Assembly: GCA_965637545.1 (NCBI GenBank)
Contig: OZ281495.1
Span: 5,642,001-5,706,000, forward strand
DNA: 64,000 nucleotides
Direction: 5' to 3'
From: Phallusia mammillata
Lineage: Eukaryota
Position 1 is the first letter of the stretch. Each line of letters begins with the position of its first letter. The translations under genes and the position numbers were made by a program. The notes under the pieces were generated by a model. The model was not told where the DNA came from, did not search any database, and saw only the letters and a program-made list of their open reading frames with translations. Positions 47,516-59,840 of this stretch are shown piece after piece.

Positions 47516-50500
47516 CGTATGAGTAGACCATATATACTGTAAACTTAATTTAAAAATATGTACTTTTTTATGGCAATGAAGGATGTGTTTTTTATCAGTG
47601 TGTATCTACTGGCACCATTATTGACTTTATTTTGAAACAAATGTGGTAGTGGATACTATCAACATCTAGTCATACAGTTTTTAATTTAGAATGGAGTATC
47701 TAATGACTGTACAAGGCTTATGTGATATTCAAATTGAACTTTGAAGCATGTTGAGTAGAAGGACTTCTTTTTCTTTTAGGAGTTTTTTGTAAGAAAATAG
47801 AAAAAGTCTTATTAAATTTTACAACTTTCAGAACATGGTGAAAGTCGAAATGGCAATAGCCTTTTTTGCTGAACAACCTTCTGATGGTTTTAAAATGGAC
47901 ATAAAACTGACAAAACCACTGTAATTAAAAGAACAATGATAACATCTATGAAACCCACTGTAGATAAAAATGATGACAGTGAAAACACACCTCTCTAACT
48001 AAAGGAATACCAATGATCAGAAGCCAACTTCCAACAAAAAAAAACTGTACATTCAAAAATACCAACATCCCAAACTTTTCGTATTCTTGTTTATGCAATT
48101 ACTTTTGTCAATAGAGTTTGACTGGTTTTTCTTAACCGTTTATAACTTTCAATGTTATTGTATTTTTTAATATGCAAGGCACATATTGCACCAAAATCAA
48201 TTTAAGCACTTAATTCAAAACTGTAACAATGTAACAAACATTTGATTTGTTATGCTATTAATAATCTTTGCACTTTTAAGTAACATGTACACTTTTGAGT
48301 CTTTTGAAAAGTTATGTCACCCATTGTAATAAGCATTCAATGCCTAACTTAATCCAAATTAGTGCTTTTCTTTACCTTTTAAAGTATTTTTTTATGTTAT
48401 ATGTATTATTCTGTTTCACACCGCAAAAGCTTTTTAAAAGTTCATTTTCAAAACCGCTGTAAGTTTTTTTTAACAAGTGTAAAGCTGTTTAAACATATTT
48501 CTAATGCGACATATGTTAAGTTGTTTTGTTTATCTTCTTAATATTGCAGCCTTACATTTTATACTTTTTTTAGCAAACATTAGTATGAACAACAATGTTT
48601 CTGTAACTTAAATTTGTTTTGCACACTCATTGATTTTGTGACAATCAAGCCCTTTGGAGTTATGAACTCTTTTAAAAAAGAGTTACAAACTCTTTAAAAT
48701 GTTCCACATACACATATTTGTGAACTATGTTTCCAGTTTTTAAAACTGTCTAATTTGTACTATCAAACACCAAGTAGCATATGTGTCTGATATATGTTTG
48801 TAACCAATCTTGCCTTTTATACTCGTTATGTATTGTGTGTTTACATTATTAAATAAAGCTATGTATTAATTGCTTGTCATGTAACAAGAACTCCTTAAAC
48901 AGTTTGTTTATTGCAACAATGGCATTCAAAGTATTGTCAAACCGTTGAAATAGTTTTGGCTTCAAAAAGGCATTTCCTTTCATGTTTTTTTATGATGACT
49001 TTGCATATGAGTGTTTGTTTCTTAATTACCTGCTTTGCCTCATGGTATGCGCGCATACCTACAATGGTCTGCATGGTCCCTTCAGAGCTGATCCCAGTTA
49101 TGACTTCATGTTTGTCTTACCTATTGACTATTGAAACCGGTTTGATAGTTTTGATTGAGCTGCCATTGTTCGGTTTACAATTATTTTTTAGTCGCTACAT
49201 TTCCTTGGGTAAACAGTCACCATGAATGTTTATTAAACAAAAAATGCCTTGCTAGTTATGTGTTGTGAGATTATATGCGTGTGTTTCATTATTTTTTTCA
49301 AAATGACTGAGACATCATTTGTCATTATGTTTAATGCAGTGTGCTGCGGTTTGAAATTCAAGCTAAATTTATGCCACAAACAAAGACATGTTTAATGTGT
49401 TCAGTGTACCTTAGGTTTTGTATTTTTCCGGGTATGGATTGAGCAGATGGTGTTTGGTTGCTTCCTGTAATTGTATGTGAAAAGTGTTTTGCTTGCTAAA
49501 CACAATCTCCCAGTCCCATTTTTTGCGCATTAACGCTTCGCTGCAAGCGTTGGCATTGAACTGCGGCGTTATGGTTGACGAGTGCGCTCGTTCTGGGCTT
49601 TTGATATGCCATAGTGCGTTTAGAAGAAATGTTGTACAGCACTCGTTTTTTTGTGTGTGTTGGTGTTGCTTGGCATTTTAATGTCAATGTGTTGTTGCGG
49701 TCTTGTTTGAAATTACATAGTCTGGGTTGGTTATTATATGATAAATTAAAGCATGTTTTGTTTATCGCAATTTAAAAGTCGTTGAACAACTTGAAAATCG
49801 TCATATATATTTAGTTTCTTATTGTCCAGAAATCCCCCCTCTGCAGTTTAACAAAATACCCGTTCGTGATTGGGTATTGGTTTTTGAATTTCTACGGCTT
49901 AAACAATCCTTCAACTGTTTTGTTCACGGTTTGTGATTAACCGCCTTTCTAGCAGTTTGTTGGTGGTTTCAGGTTTCACCCTCGGTTCAATGAGCGTCTC
50001 GCATGGGGTACGGTGAGCTCATTGTCAGGTGAATAGGCTGTGTGGTTCCTTTCTGAAATCGCACCCAATACATTATGCCCAGTAAATCTCTTTGTAGGAA
50101 ACCTTGTTACCGCCAATCTGCTTTTGGTTGAATTTAGTTTAAAGCGTCAATCAAGACCCAACGTGTTTTGATTCGAAATATATTCATTATTTTCGATGAT
50201 TACTAAAGCAAACCGATTAGTAGCTATTGAAACTGCACAACGTTAATTAAGGTGAAATGATTAATGTGACTTTAACAGCCAAAATGACAATCACGCACAA
50301 AAAATTAGCTAGCACATTCATTATTCTGTAAACGAACACTTGACTTCCGACGTGTTATGCAGTAAAATCAAGGTAGAAGGCGTACACGTTGTTTCAGATT
50401 GCAATGGACCATTTATCAACCCACGCGTGTACGGCGTTATTTCTGCTTCTTGCATTCAACACGTCAGTTCCTGTCAAGCAAGGCCTAAAATAGTCTGTAC

Positions 50501-51956
50501 GCCCACACTTAAAACCACCAATTCATGGCACAAACAACAAACTACCTACATAATGTTTACCAAAAACGCCACACACAATTGTCATTGTATACATATTAGG
50601 TAATTATTTGTGTTGTGATTGCGACATACAATGCCAGTAGGGAATCTTCACTCAAATGAACAAACACGCTATTTATTCATCTCCAGAGGTGCAATGTCAC
50701 GCATATAGCGAAAAACAATGATGTGCATTTTAGCTACAAAGGAACATACATGTACGGCGGAAAATTCCGAAGAATAACAATATGAACTTTTGTGTACATT
50801 CGAAAACACGTATTGTAGTGGATTGGGTAACAGGAATTTTATGGAACATTATGCCACAGGCATAGTCACAACAATATAGACTGACGTTTTGTAAACATTG
50901 ACTTGTGAACACATATGAGGACGATGTTGTGTTTGAAACGATCCTAGCCAATTAAGTCAGCCACCCGTTGCGCAAACGACACAAACAATGAGGCTGCTAT
51001 GGCGACAGCTGGAAAACACCATGGACTTTCCAAACCCTTTGTGTGGCTCGCGGGCTTTTCGTTGAGGTTGGGTTGCGAACACAAAGCATTGTATTGTTTG
51101 GTTGCCACCGACCCTGTTGCGTTTTTTTTTTTTTTGCTCAGCAGAACTTCATAGTCATGCTGTATTGGTGGGCTTCGGTGCTATGGTTTTTAACAGACTT
51201 GCTGATTATGGAGGGAAATAATATTCAAAACAAAGCAAACTTTAGAAAACATTGAACCAAACAAATTGTGACATATTATAACCACTTGATGCTTAAAAAA
51301 GGAGCAAGGGAATAGGCTTACATCAAAATAATTATACAGATACATCTCTTTCCAATATAAAGTAGACTTGAAATAAATGCATTGTGGTTCCGTATTTTTA
51401 ACTACAAAAATAATAATAGACTGTAGCCACTCGTCGTTAAAGTAAAAAGCTTGTTAACCCGCTATATTGTTTACTCAAACGTGGAAACTAGAAGCGGTTT
51501 CAAAAACCGAAGAAAGTTTAGACTTAAAATGGTGCAATCCGTATGGACATGGTCTGATGAGTTTGCTCATGTTTAGCGAAGCGAGCAAGGTGGGTGTAAA
51601 CGCCTTCGGCAAGGTAGAAGTCAAAAGAAATCGATCCTGTGCACGACCTAGTGGTGAACACCAGTATTACGCAATTTGTACTTAAATCACAGAGTTTGGG
51701 TACACAATTCATGATTGTAAATTCTGACAAGGAACAGACAATCCAATATAGTTGTAAAAGACACGATTCGACACATCTTATGTCATTCACAAATGAAATA
51801 AAAAGAAAAGTCCCTTTAACATTTAAAACCAGTAAATATAGTAAAAATGACAAAAAAACAAAAACAAAGCGAGTTGCAGGAAACCACGGGCAGATAAAAG
51901 ATAAAAAAGATTTTAACTTTGGTTTACATTAGGGTCTGTGTTCTTGTATGCTAAAG

Positions 51957-52245
51957 CAGTGCTCTTCAACCGGTGTGCACGGTGCACCCTAGGGTATGGT
52001 CGTATATGCATTTTTGTGTTTGAAACGATAATTCGTTTATTATTATTTAATTTTCATGATGTTGGAAAATAGATGTAGGTTTCAACTGACGTTTAGTTAA
52101 CTATTTTGTCTGTGATGTAAAACTGCTGTAGCTCCACTAGGTTTAATTGACATGATGACATGCAAATACATTTTAATAAACGTTTTACCTCAGTTTACCT
52201 CTTAAGTAAACAAAAAACCAAACCCAAAAAAGTTGAAGAGCACTG
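51957..52245. mobile_element. hAT MITE
   Basis: TIRs CAGTGCTCTTCAAC / GTTGAAGAGCACTG; perfect TSD TGCTAAAG. Confidence 0.9.
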
Positions 52246-52414
52246 TGCTAAAGGACTGCCAAAGCAGCAGGTGTGTGCGATCGTTTGATTTAGCCAACGC
52301 ATCTGGAGTGTGGAAATTTTCCTTTTTTGTGACGTTACTCTGCAAGTGGGTTGTCCGCCTGGTTTTCGAAAGATGTAGAACCGGACGTTATGTTTTCACA
52401 AACATGTTGCTGCG

Positions 52415-52517
52415 GGCAGGAACCTATCCCAACGGCCTGGCGCGCCTGCCCCATGTACAGACAAAAAAACTGATCGGTCCCTGGGAGCGTCCTGGGTTTG
52501 AACCCTGTGAAAAGAAA
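52415..52517 (+). mobile_element. Older copy of the 39221 tRNA-derived SINE
   Basis: GGCAGGAAC..GGCGCGCCTG..CAGAC..TGATCGG..GTCCTGGGTTTGAACCCTGTGAAAAG aligns with the 39221 copy; A/B boxes degenerate. Confidence 0.8.
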
Positions 52518-53107
52518 TATACACGTTGCATAAATATTGGCCTAATTGTTTGTTTCATGTCAAATTACAAAGGGTCGTGTATTATGAGATCAAAGATCTT
52601 CAATATGAAAGCCGACTAATTGTAAAAATAAGCCAATCTAGGATATCTTGATTCTGCTGCAGTACAAAGTGCTGTGACTTTTTGGGACTTCTGGTTTCTT
52701 CGAGTAACGAAATTTTATGTCCTTTCCCACATAAAATTTCGTTGTCTAAAATTCCACAGAGCTTCGTTGCGCTCCGTAACTGTGCAGCTATTCCCGGATT
52801 AGTGATTTTTCAGTGTAATTGTGTCCCCATGTGTTCTTTTGCCTCACTGAACTTAAACGAACTCAACCTCATCACAAAACACTAAACAAGTAACCAAACG
52901 TTGATATAGGCCAATCCATTTTTTCGTTGCGTTTGTAAAGCTGCCTATTTAAACCAGTATATTGCTTAGAGCAGAACTAGTATTTGGCAAAATATTTTTC
53001 GTTTCCAAACAAACTATTGATAAAAATGGTTGTTCACGAATATGTTTAAAATATATATTAGTTACGATAAAAGTGCTAGTTACACATATTTTTGCTTTGG
53101 TGATAAC

Positions 53108-53690
53108 TAGGGCAAGTTTTTGTTGCACTAAAAACGTGAGAAAGTTGCACTTAATTTCAACAAAAGTTGCAGTAAAATGTTACATTTATGCACAAGTTGC
53201 ATTAATGCATACTTCTTGGAGTTAAAATGACTAGCAGGCAGCAGGTTGGACAATCCCTGCCTCAGACTGTCATCTTAACAGATATCAAGGTTATCGCTTC
53301 TTACTTGCAAAATAACGAATGCACGTTTATATAAAACTTTATGCTTGGCTGGGGTTGTTGAACTTCTAGCTTGCAAGCCATCTGTTGCGTCATAGATAAC
53401 ATTGAGATTCAGCTAATCTATCACATAGCTGTTTGTTATGCAATCAAAGAGAATAAGACCATACTAGAAATAGTATTTAGCATGTTTTTTGAATCACTTC
53501 TTTACATTTTGCGCAATACTTGATAAAAGTTGCAGTCAAAAGTTACACGAAAATTAGAAAAAAGTTGCAAAAAGATGCAACATAATATTCCTACAAACAA
53601 CTTATAACATCATACTACATAAATTCTAAGTATTTATGAAGCTGCAGGAAGCTGTAAGAAAAGTTGCAAAAGTTGCAAAAACTTGCCCTA
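53108..53690. mobile_element. hAT (Ac/hobo-type) MITE
   Basis: TIR TAGGGCAAGTTTTTG; perfect TSD GTGATAAC (nTnnnnAn pattern); many internal AAGTTGCA repeats. Confidence 0.9.
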
Positions 53691-54225
53691 GTGATAACGA
53701 ATCCATCGTCTTCACACTGTTCGTGCTTGCGTTCTTTTCTAAGCAGCATCGTTAATAAGTTTTTTAGGACCAATGGGTTTGTGGCATTTTTAAATGACCA
53801 AGGTAAATCTCAGTGGTTATTTAAATTTTGCATGTAATACTAAAGAGGTTTTAAAAAAACTTTTGTTTTGTTTTAAAACATTCGGCAGTTTCTGAATAGG
53901 GAAATTCCCTGTTTAGCTAAAAGTTAATCATAGACATCATATTTCTTTTTGGGTCCAGCGTCTCAAACTCAGATGCAAACCTGGTATTAGATTTGTAGCA
54001 AATGGTGAAAAGCGTCCTTACTAGTGCACTCTTTTTGCACATGCAATCGTTTTTCTTTTTAAGCAGTGTAAAAAACTTTTTCAAAACTTTTTACTTTACT
54101 GCTTATTTTTTGTTTAATTTTTGTTGCGTAATTGTTGCAGAAGACTAAAGCTATTATTTTACAGAGGAAGAAAATTCAGTGTGAAAAACCACTAAATCTG
54201 TCGCTATGTTTTATTTGTTTTATCA

Positions 54226-54265
54226 ATACAAATGCATTTCGCTATAAAAAGCATCATCAGTGTCT
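54226..54265 (-). ncRNA. Minimal hammerhead ribozyme motif in the PLE 3' UTR
   Basis: Minus strand: ACA-CTGATGA-T-GCT[TTTTAT]AGC-GAA-ATGCAT-T-TGT; palindromic stem III (ATGCAT), short stem I. Confidence 0.65.
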
Positions 54266-54475
54266 AAAAACAAAATAAAAAAGCGGGATAAAAGTAAAAA
54301 ATACACAAAAAAACACACACACAGACCAACCACAAAAAGCCTATCCTCTGTCTTACAGGACTGCAAATGCAGACCGACAGGTATGGCGCTGATTAAAACC
54401 ACGAAAAAAGGCGAGGAAAAGATAAGGGCGCAAAACGAAAAAACAAACACGATTGTAGCAACAAAGCGATTGCAG

Positions 54476-54945
54476 TCAACGAACCGCAGGAAGGACCATA
54501 GCTTGAACATTTATTGTGGCGCCCGTTAAAATTAGCCATTTGTTTTCACAAACGTCCAAATTTTCAGTCCGAGGTTCCTCTACAAAAACCACATTATAGC
54601 ATTGTGCAATACCTAACTTTTTTTGGAAAAGTCGGAAATGTTTATTGTGGTAGTGCTGAAGAAGGGCCGCGCGGTCACCCCCTACACTTATGTCGGACGT
54701 CCGCCAAACAGCTCGATGCGAATTCCATCGGGTCGAAAACTTATTTTTAGTTTGGCCGACATATTGTTCTTCACACGCCAAACACGTGGCAACATATATT
54801 CCGTAGTTACGACACGAAAGTTGCTGACGTAAGTGGAACAGTCTTTGTTGTGACCGCAAGTCAGTCACCGGAAAAACCATTGATTTGGATTTACCGTGGT
54901 GACCGCACAGGGCGCATTGCACAAGATGCAACAGCATGCACATTT
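54476..54945 (-). CDS. GIY-YIG endonuclease domain of the PLE (inverted copy)
   Basis: CALCGHH...LSCRNYGIYVATCLACEEQYVGQTKNKFSTRWNSHR..ALLQHY..H..LDVCENKW..ATIN: GIY/YVG halves, Arg, Glu, Asn and the PLE Cys/His linker. The ORF-track N-terminus (54946-55078) is probably the antisense of the RT ORF. Confidence 0.9.
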
Positions 54946-57143
54946 TGCTCCCCTCCAACCACAGAAAAGGAATTGATTTCGACCTATTGCTAATACAGCA
55001 ATTTCGCAAGTTGAAAATGCAAATACGTAAAATGGAGAATGATTTAGCCAACATCCACAGACAAGCCCACTTCTCCAAATATGCACATAATCTGAAAAAT
55101 CACAAAAGGGCTATTGCAAGAAACTTTATCCGGAAAGTAAATTGGCTCTACGAAAAGCAACGTCCACAGCGAGCGTGTGTTCCCCTCTACTTTCCTGGAA
55201 GTTCCAGTAGGCACAAAAAGAACAGACGCGACACCCAAAGGTACAGAAAAAGAAAAGCTTACAAAATAAGAGAAAACATTGTACAACAGGCCTCACAAGT
55301 CATTCATAATAAATCGGCGTTTAACCTGGACGACAATGACAAAATTCTTCTGATGAAAGGTCCAAATTTCGTCGCGACGCCAAATTGGGCAACAGCAGTA
55401 GAGACGAACGAATGGCTGAACACTCAAGCACATATCAGAAGAGTGGAATGGGCACACGTGTTTGAAAATAGCGAAGCAGAGTATGTTGCATTACCACGTA
55501 AGCTGACAGTCCCACGACACTCTAGACCAGACAAGAGCCAGCTAGATGATGTCACCATTGCGTACGTAGAAGGTGTCATGGCAAAAATGCGCAACTTGAA
55601 AGAAGAAGTAATCCAGCGGTATAAGAAGAAAAACAACCTTTCTGTAGACCTACGAAAAAGTTTTCACAAACTTCAATCAATGGTTCGTGACAAAAAAATC
55701 GTCATCTGTCGTTCAGACAAGGATGGTAAAATTATCATCATCAACTATATTGATTATGACAAGACCATGAAGCGAGAACTAGCACAGTTTATGGAGCTTG
55801 ACATGACAGCTGAGGGACTTGTGCAACACCTGGATAAAGTCCGTAAAATGTGTGACAAGTACATGATGGCGCTCCACGCTGAAGGTGCAATAACTGAAAA
55901 GCTTCTCTACGCTACGGTAGGGATAAAATTTCAAAACAACCGCTATCACCACACACACGGTTGTTTGTCGAAAGTATTTTGCAACAACAACACAGCATAT
56001 GCCTACCCGTTATTCAAGACGCACAAAGTACAACCGGTCTTGCTTCCATCCATCGACGCCGCCGACATCCCAATCAGACTACTTCAGTCCGCTGGAAACA
56101 TCACGACATCACGGATAACGGCATTTCTGGAACTTGTACTCCAGCCCATTAGTGTGGCATACTGTCGGTCTTTCGTGGATGAATATTGCCGTGACACCCG
56201 AGACTATCTCATGCAATTGGACCACTGGAAAACGGCGCATGATTCACAAATGCGCCCTAGTCGACCTCTTTTTCTGGTTACAGCAGACGTCACAAAAATG
56301 TATGCAAATCTGCGCCGCGATATTGTCGCAGAGGCTTTGCTGGACGCTACGGCTACACAATCAACACTATCTGCAAACGCTTGCCAATCGCTGATGCAGC
56401 TGGTGATGTACTGCCTAAAAAATGTAATAACTCAGTACCAACAAGCATTTTTTCAGCAGGCAGAAGGAATTGTCACAGGAGACAACCACTCGGTTTCAGT
56501 GGCAAATATTACAGCCCATTACATCATCAAACAAGAAGTGCGTGCTGTGGGTAAAACAGAACTATTTCGCCGATATATTGACGACATAGTTTGGCTGTCG
56601 TATGGAAAGACCCGCACGTTGGCTGTGGAACGCGCCTTAAGGGATAGGTTTGCACGAAATCACCTCGAAATAACCTTCCGCTGAATCTCCACTGACAAAG
56701 ATGGCGATCGGCTGGAGTTTTTGATGTACTGCACATCATAGACAAAACCTCGCGGGGGGGTTTTTACACCACCAATTATGTAAAACCTACGGCAAAAGGG
56801 AGATTATTCCTCAACGGCACGTCCCACCATCCACCTTGGATTTTTAGAGGCATCGTGTTTGGGGAGTGCATTCGTCTCCGCCGACTTAATGAAATGCATG
56901 ACCGATATAGGTCCAGCCTCTGCGACCTTGAGGCAAAATATCGACGCTCCAGTTTTCCATTTAACGTGTATTCCGCGTACTTACTGCAGCAGCCAAATGG
57001 AAGGAACGTTTTGCCCCCCCAACTTCCAGACACCGGAGCGAAACAAGAATTGTTTGGGCGACCTCCTTCCCCAACATTCTACGACTGACTGACCGGGAAA
57101 GGCAGTTGAAGCCATCAGCGTGTGTAGTCTACAAGCGACCCTT
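54936..57143 (+). pseudogene. PLE reverse transcriptase ORF with a premature TGA (56682-56684) and two frameshifts (~56720, ~56970)
   Basis: LMKGPNFVATP, IVICRSDKDG, YAYPLFKTHK, PIRLL, LVTADVTKMYAN, GIVTGDNHSVSVANI, RRYIDDI; after the stop, EF(L)DV..YVKPT..FLNGTSHHP..GECIRLRRLN..KWKERF..IVWATSFP..YKRP. Confidence 0.9.
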
Positions 57144-57343
57144 NNNNNNNNNNNNNNNNNNNNNNNNNNNNNNNNNNNNNNNNNNNNNNNNNNNNNNNNN
57201 NNNNNNNNNNNNNNNNNNNNNNNNNNNNNNNNNNNNNNNNNNNNNNNNNNNNNNNNNNNNNNNNNNNNNNNNNNNNNNNNNNNNNNNNNNNNNNNNNNNN
57301 NNNNNNNNNNNNNNNNNNNNNNNNNNNNNNNNNNNNNNNNNNN
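57144..57343. other. Assembly gap (200 N)
   Basis: Run of Ns. Confidence 1.
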
Positions 57344-58212
57344 AACAAGAATATATGCGCAATGGTACATTTGATGACGGTCTGCAAAACAATCTACACC
57401 CTATGACAAAAACTCAGCTCGTCAACATGCTATAACGAGGAACTGTCGTACCCTAAAATTCAAGGACTTTAAATAAGACTGCGGAGCGCTGTGTGCCGGT
57501 CACCGTATCTCGGGATTCTTCGTTAAAAGTATCTGACGGTGATTTACGGCTAAGCCGTCTCTAGGCAGTTTGTCTGTGGAGGACTGGCCTCGTCAACTCC
57601 AAACAGACCGTGGGATAAAAATAGTAATAATGATAATGAATAAAAATAGTGGCTGCCTTGAAAAGCCAAACGATAGCCCACAATATCGTACCTCATAGGA
57701 AATGGAGGATTTCTAAAGCTAATAAAAGACAGTAGATTGCTATTCGACCGTTTCAAACTCACACTTTGCATATTTCTTAAACAGTTAAAGTTAACTGACA
57801 TGACGCTCTTTTCTATTCAAAAGTTAGCAAGACGCGCAGTGGCGTATTTATAAAAGCTTGCGATAATATACATATCCCAAATATGGGTAGGCGTTACAAC
57901 TCTACATGTACACTAAAGGTCACATAACACAAGGTTAGGCGTAGCTTTAAAAAGAGATGAATTATAAAACTAAGCACAACATAACTGACTTTCTCCTTCG
58001 AAAGGAGGAACTTCCATGCTTTTTGCAGCACAAAACAACACAACCGTAAAATTATGAAAGGCTAACAACGATTATTTCAGAGTTTCAAAAGGCGAACAAC
58101 AATTATAACGGATTATATAATTCAGAAGGTTAATTGCGTGTTCAAATCACACGAGGGCTCACCACTGTTGCAAATAAACACATGTTTTAGTGTTGATTTG
58201 ATCACACATTCA

Positions 58213-58905
58213 GTGTTGATCACACATCGCAATCTGCGCATCATGAACTATAGACAATGTACTTGGATGGATGGAATGGAACAAGAAGATATGGATCACG
58301 TGGACTTATAACTGACAATCCGGAAAACATTTTAAGCGAGGGGGGCTTCTGTAGCAATGTGTATTTTATATTTTTGTGTATTTTTATTTTAGCGGCACAT
58401 CTTACACGTCAAAGCAATTTTGTCTTTCCTTCAAAGTGTAGCGGTCTTAGATGTCCCGTTTTCTAAAACAACACGCCCTAGCACGTACGCAATCGTAAAC
58501 TGTTTCTTGTAGCCGCCTTCGTTGCACAATAATTATTTCCTTTGTTTCGGAGCGCACCACCTTCGCTCCGAAACAAAGGAAATAATTATTGTGCAACGAA
58601 GGCGGCTACAAGAAACAGTTTATGATTGCGTACGTGCTAGGGCGTGTTGTTTTAGAAAACGGGACATCTAAGACCGCTACACTTTAAAGGAAAGACAAAA
58701 TTGCTTTGACGTGTAAGATGTGCCGCTAAAATAAAAATACACAAAAATATAAAATACACATTGCTACAGAAGCCCCCCTCGCTTAAAATGTTTTCCGGAT
58801 TGTCAGTTAAAAGTCCACGTGATCCATATCTTCTTGTTCCATTCCATCCATCCAAGTACATTGTCTATAGTTCATGATGCGCACATTGCGATGTGTGATC
58901 GACAC
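58213..58905. repeat. Long near-perfect palindrome (~342-bp arms, 9-nt loop)
   Basis: Arms 58213-58554 and 58564-58905 are reverse complements with about 5 mismatches (counted by eye); loop CACCACCTT. Confidence 0.95.
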
Positions 58906-59840
58906 AGTACCATCCATTTGTGAATGTTCATCAGAAGTGAATTTGCCAGCATCTGTCGTGCATTCGTCAATGACGACCTGGTAGCAGGCAGGCTACTCTT
59001 CGAAAACTTGCTTGTTGGCATGGCGACTGCTTCTGGAATTTTCGTATGGTCATCTGGCATAAGCTGCGCATCAATGAAGTTGGATGGTCTTCCGCTTTGT
59101 ATTTCTTGCATCTTGGCGATCTATTAAAACTTAAAGAGGGCTTAGGTAACCGTGAAAACAATATCACACAAAATACATAATGAAATAGCAAATAACATTT
59201 AACTTTGCGGCGCTAACTTTTTAGTCGAATCAAACTGTCATGTCAAATATTGGTAACGGGCCAAACAAGAAGAAATGCGCAATGCTACATTTGATGACGG
59301 TCTGCAAAACAATCTACACCCTAAGACAAAACTCAGCTCGTCAACATGCTATAACGAGGAGCTGTCGTACCCTAAAATTCAAGGACTTTAAATAAGACTG
59401 CGGAGCGCTGTGTGCCGGTCACCGTGTCTCGGGATTCCTCGTTAAAAGTATCTGACGGTGATTTACGGCTAAGCCGTCTCTAGGCAGTTTGTCTGTGGAG
59501 GACTGGCCTTGTCAACTCCAAACAGACCGTGGGATAAAAATAGTAAATAAAGATAATGAATAAAAATAGTGGCTGCCTTGAAAAGTCAAACGATAGCCCA
59601 CAATATCGTTCCTCATAGGAAATGGAGGATATCTAAAGCTAATAACAAACAAGTAAATTGCTATTCGACCGTATCAAATTCACACTTTACATATTTCTTA
59701 AAAAAGCTAAAGTTAACTGACAGGACGCTCTTTTCTATTCAAAAGTTAGCAAGACCCAAAGTGACGTTTTACAGAAAAAAATACAAAACATATCTCAAAT
59801 AAGTAGGCGTAAGATAAGGGAGCAAAGGTAAAGAGAGAGC

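Larger units (their letters stand above)
54190..57143. mobile_element. Penelope-like retroelement (Naiad-type) with an inverted 3' segment at its 5' end; runs into the assembly gap
   Basis: Plus-strand PLE RT from ~54960 to 57143 and a minus-strand GIY-YIG + 3'UTR + hammerhead at ~54945-54190, arranged head-to-head. Confidence 0.88.

Noticed and set aside
56682-56684. In-frame TGA in the Naiad-type RT as selenocysteine (some Naiads encode selenoproteins)
   Set aside because: Context CGC-TGA fits CpG decay of CGA (Arg), two frameshifts follow within 300 bp, and no AUGA/GA SECIS core is visible in the available 3' UTR. A Cys/TGA column in sister copies plus a SECIS would revive it.
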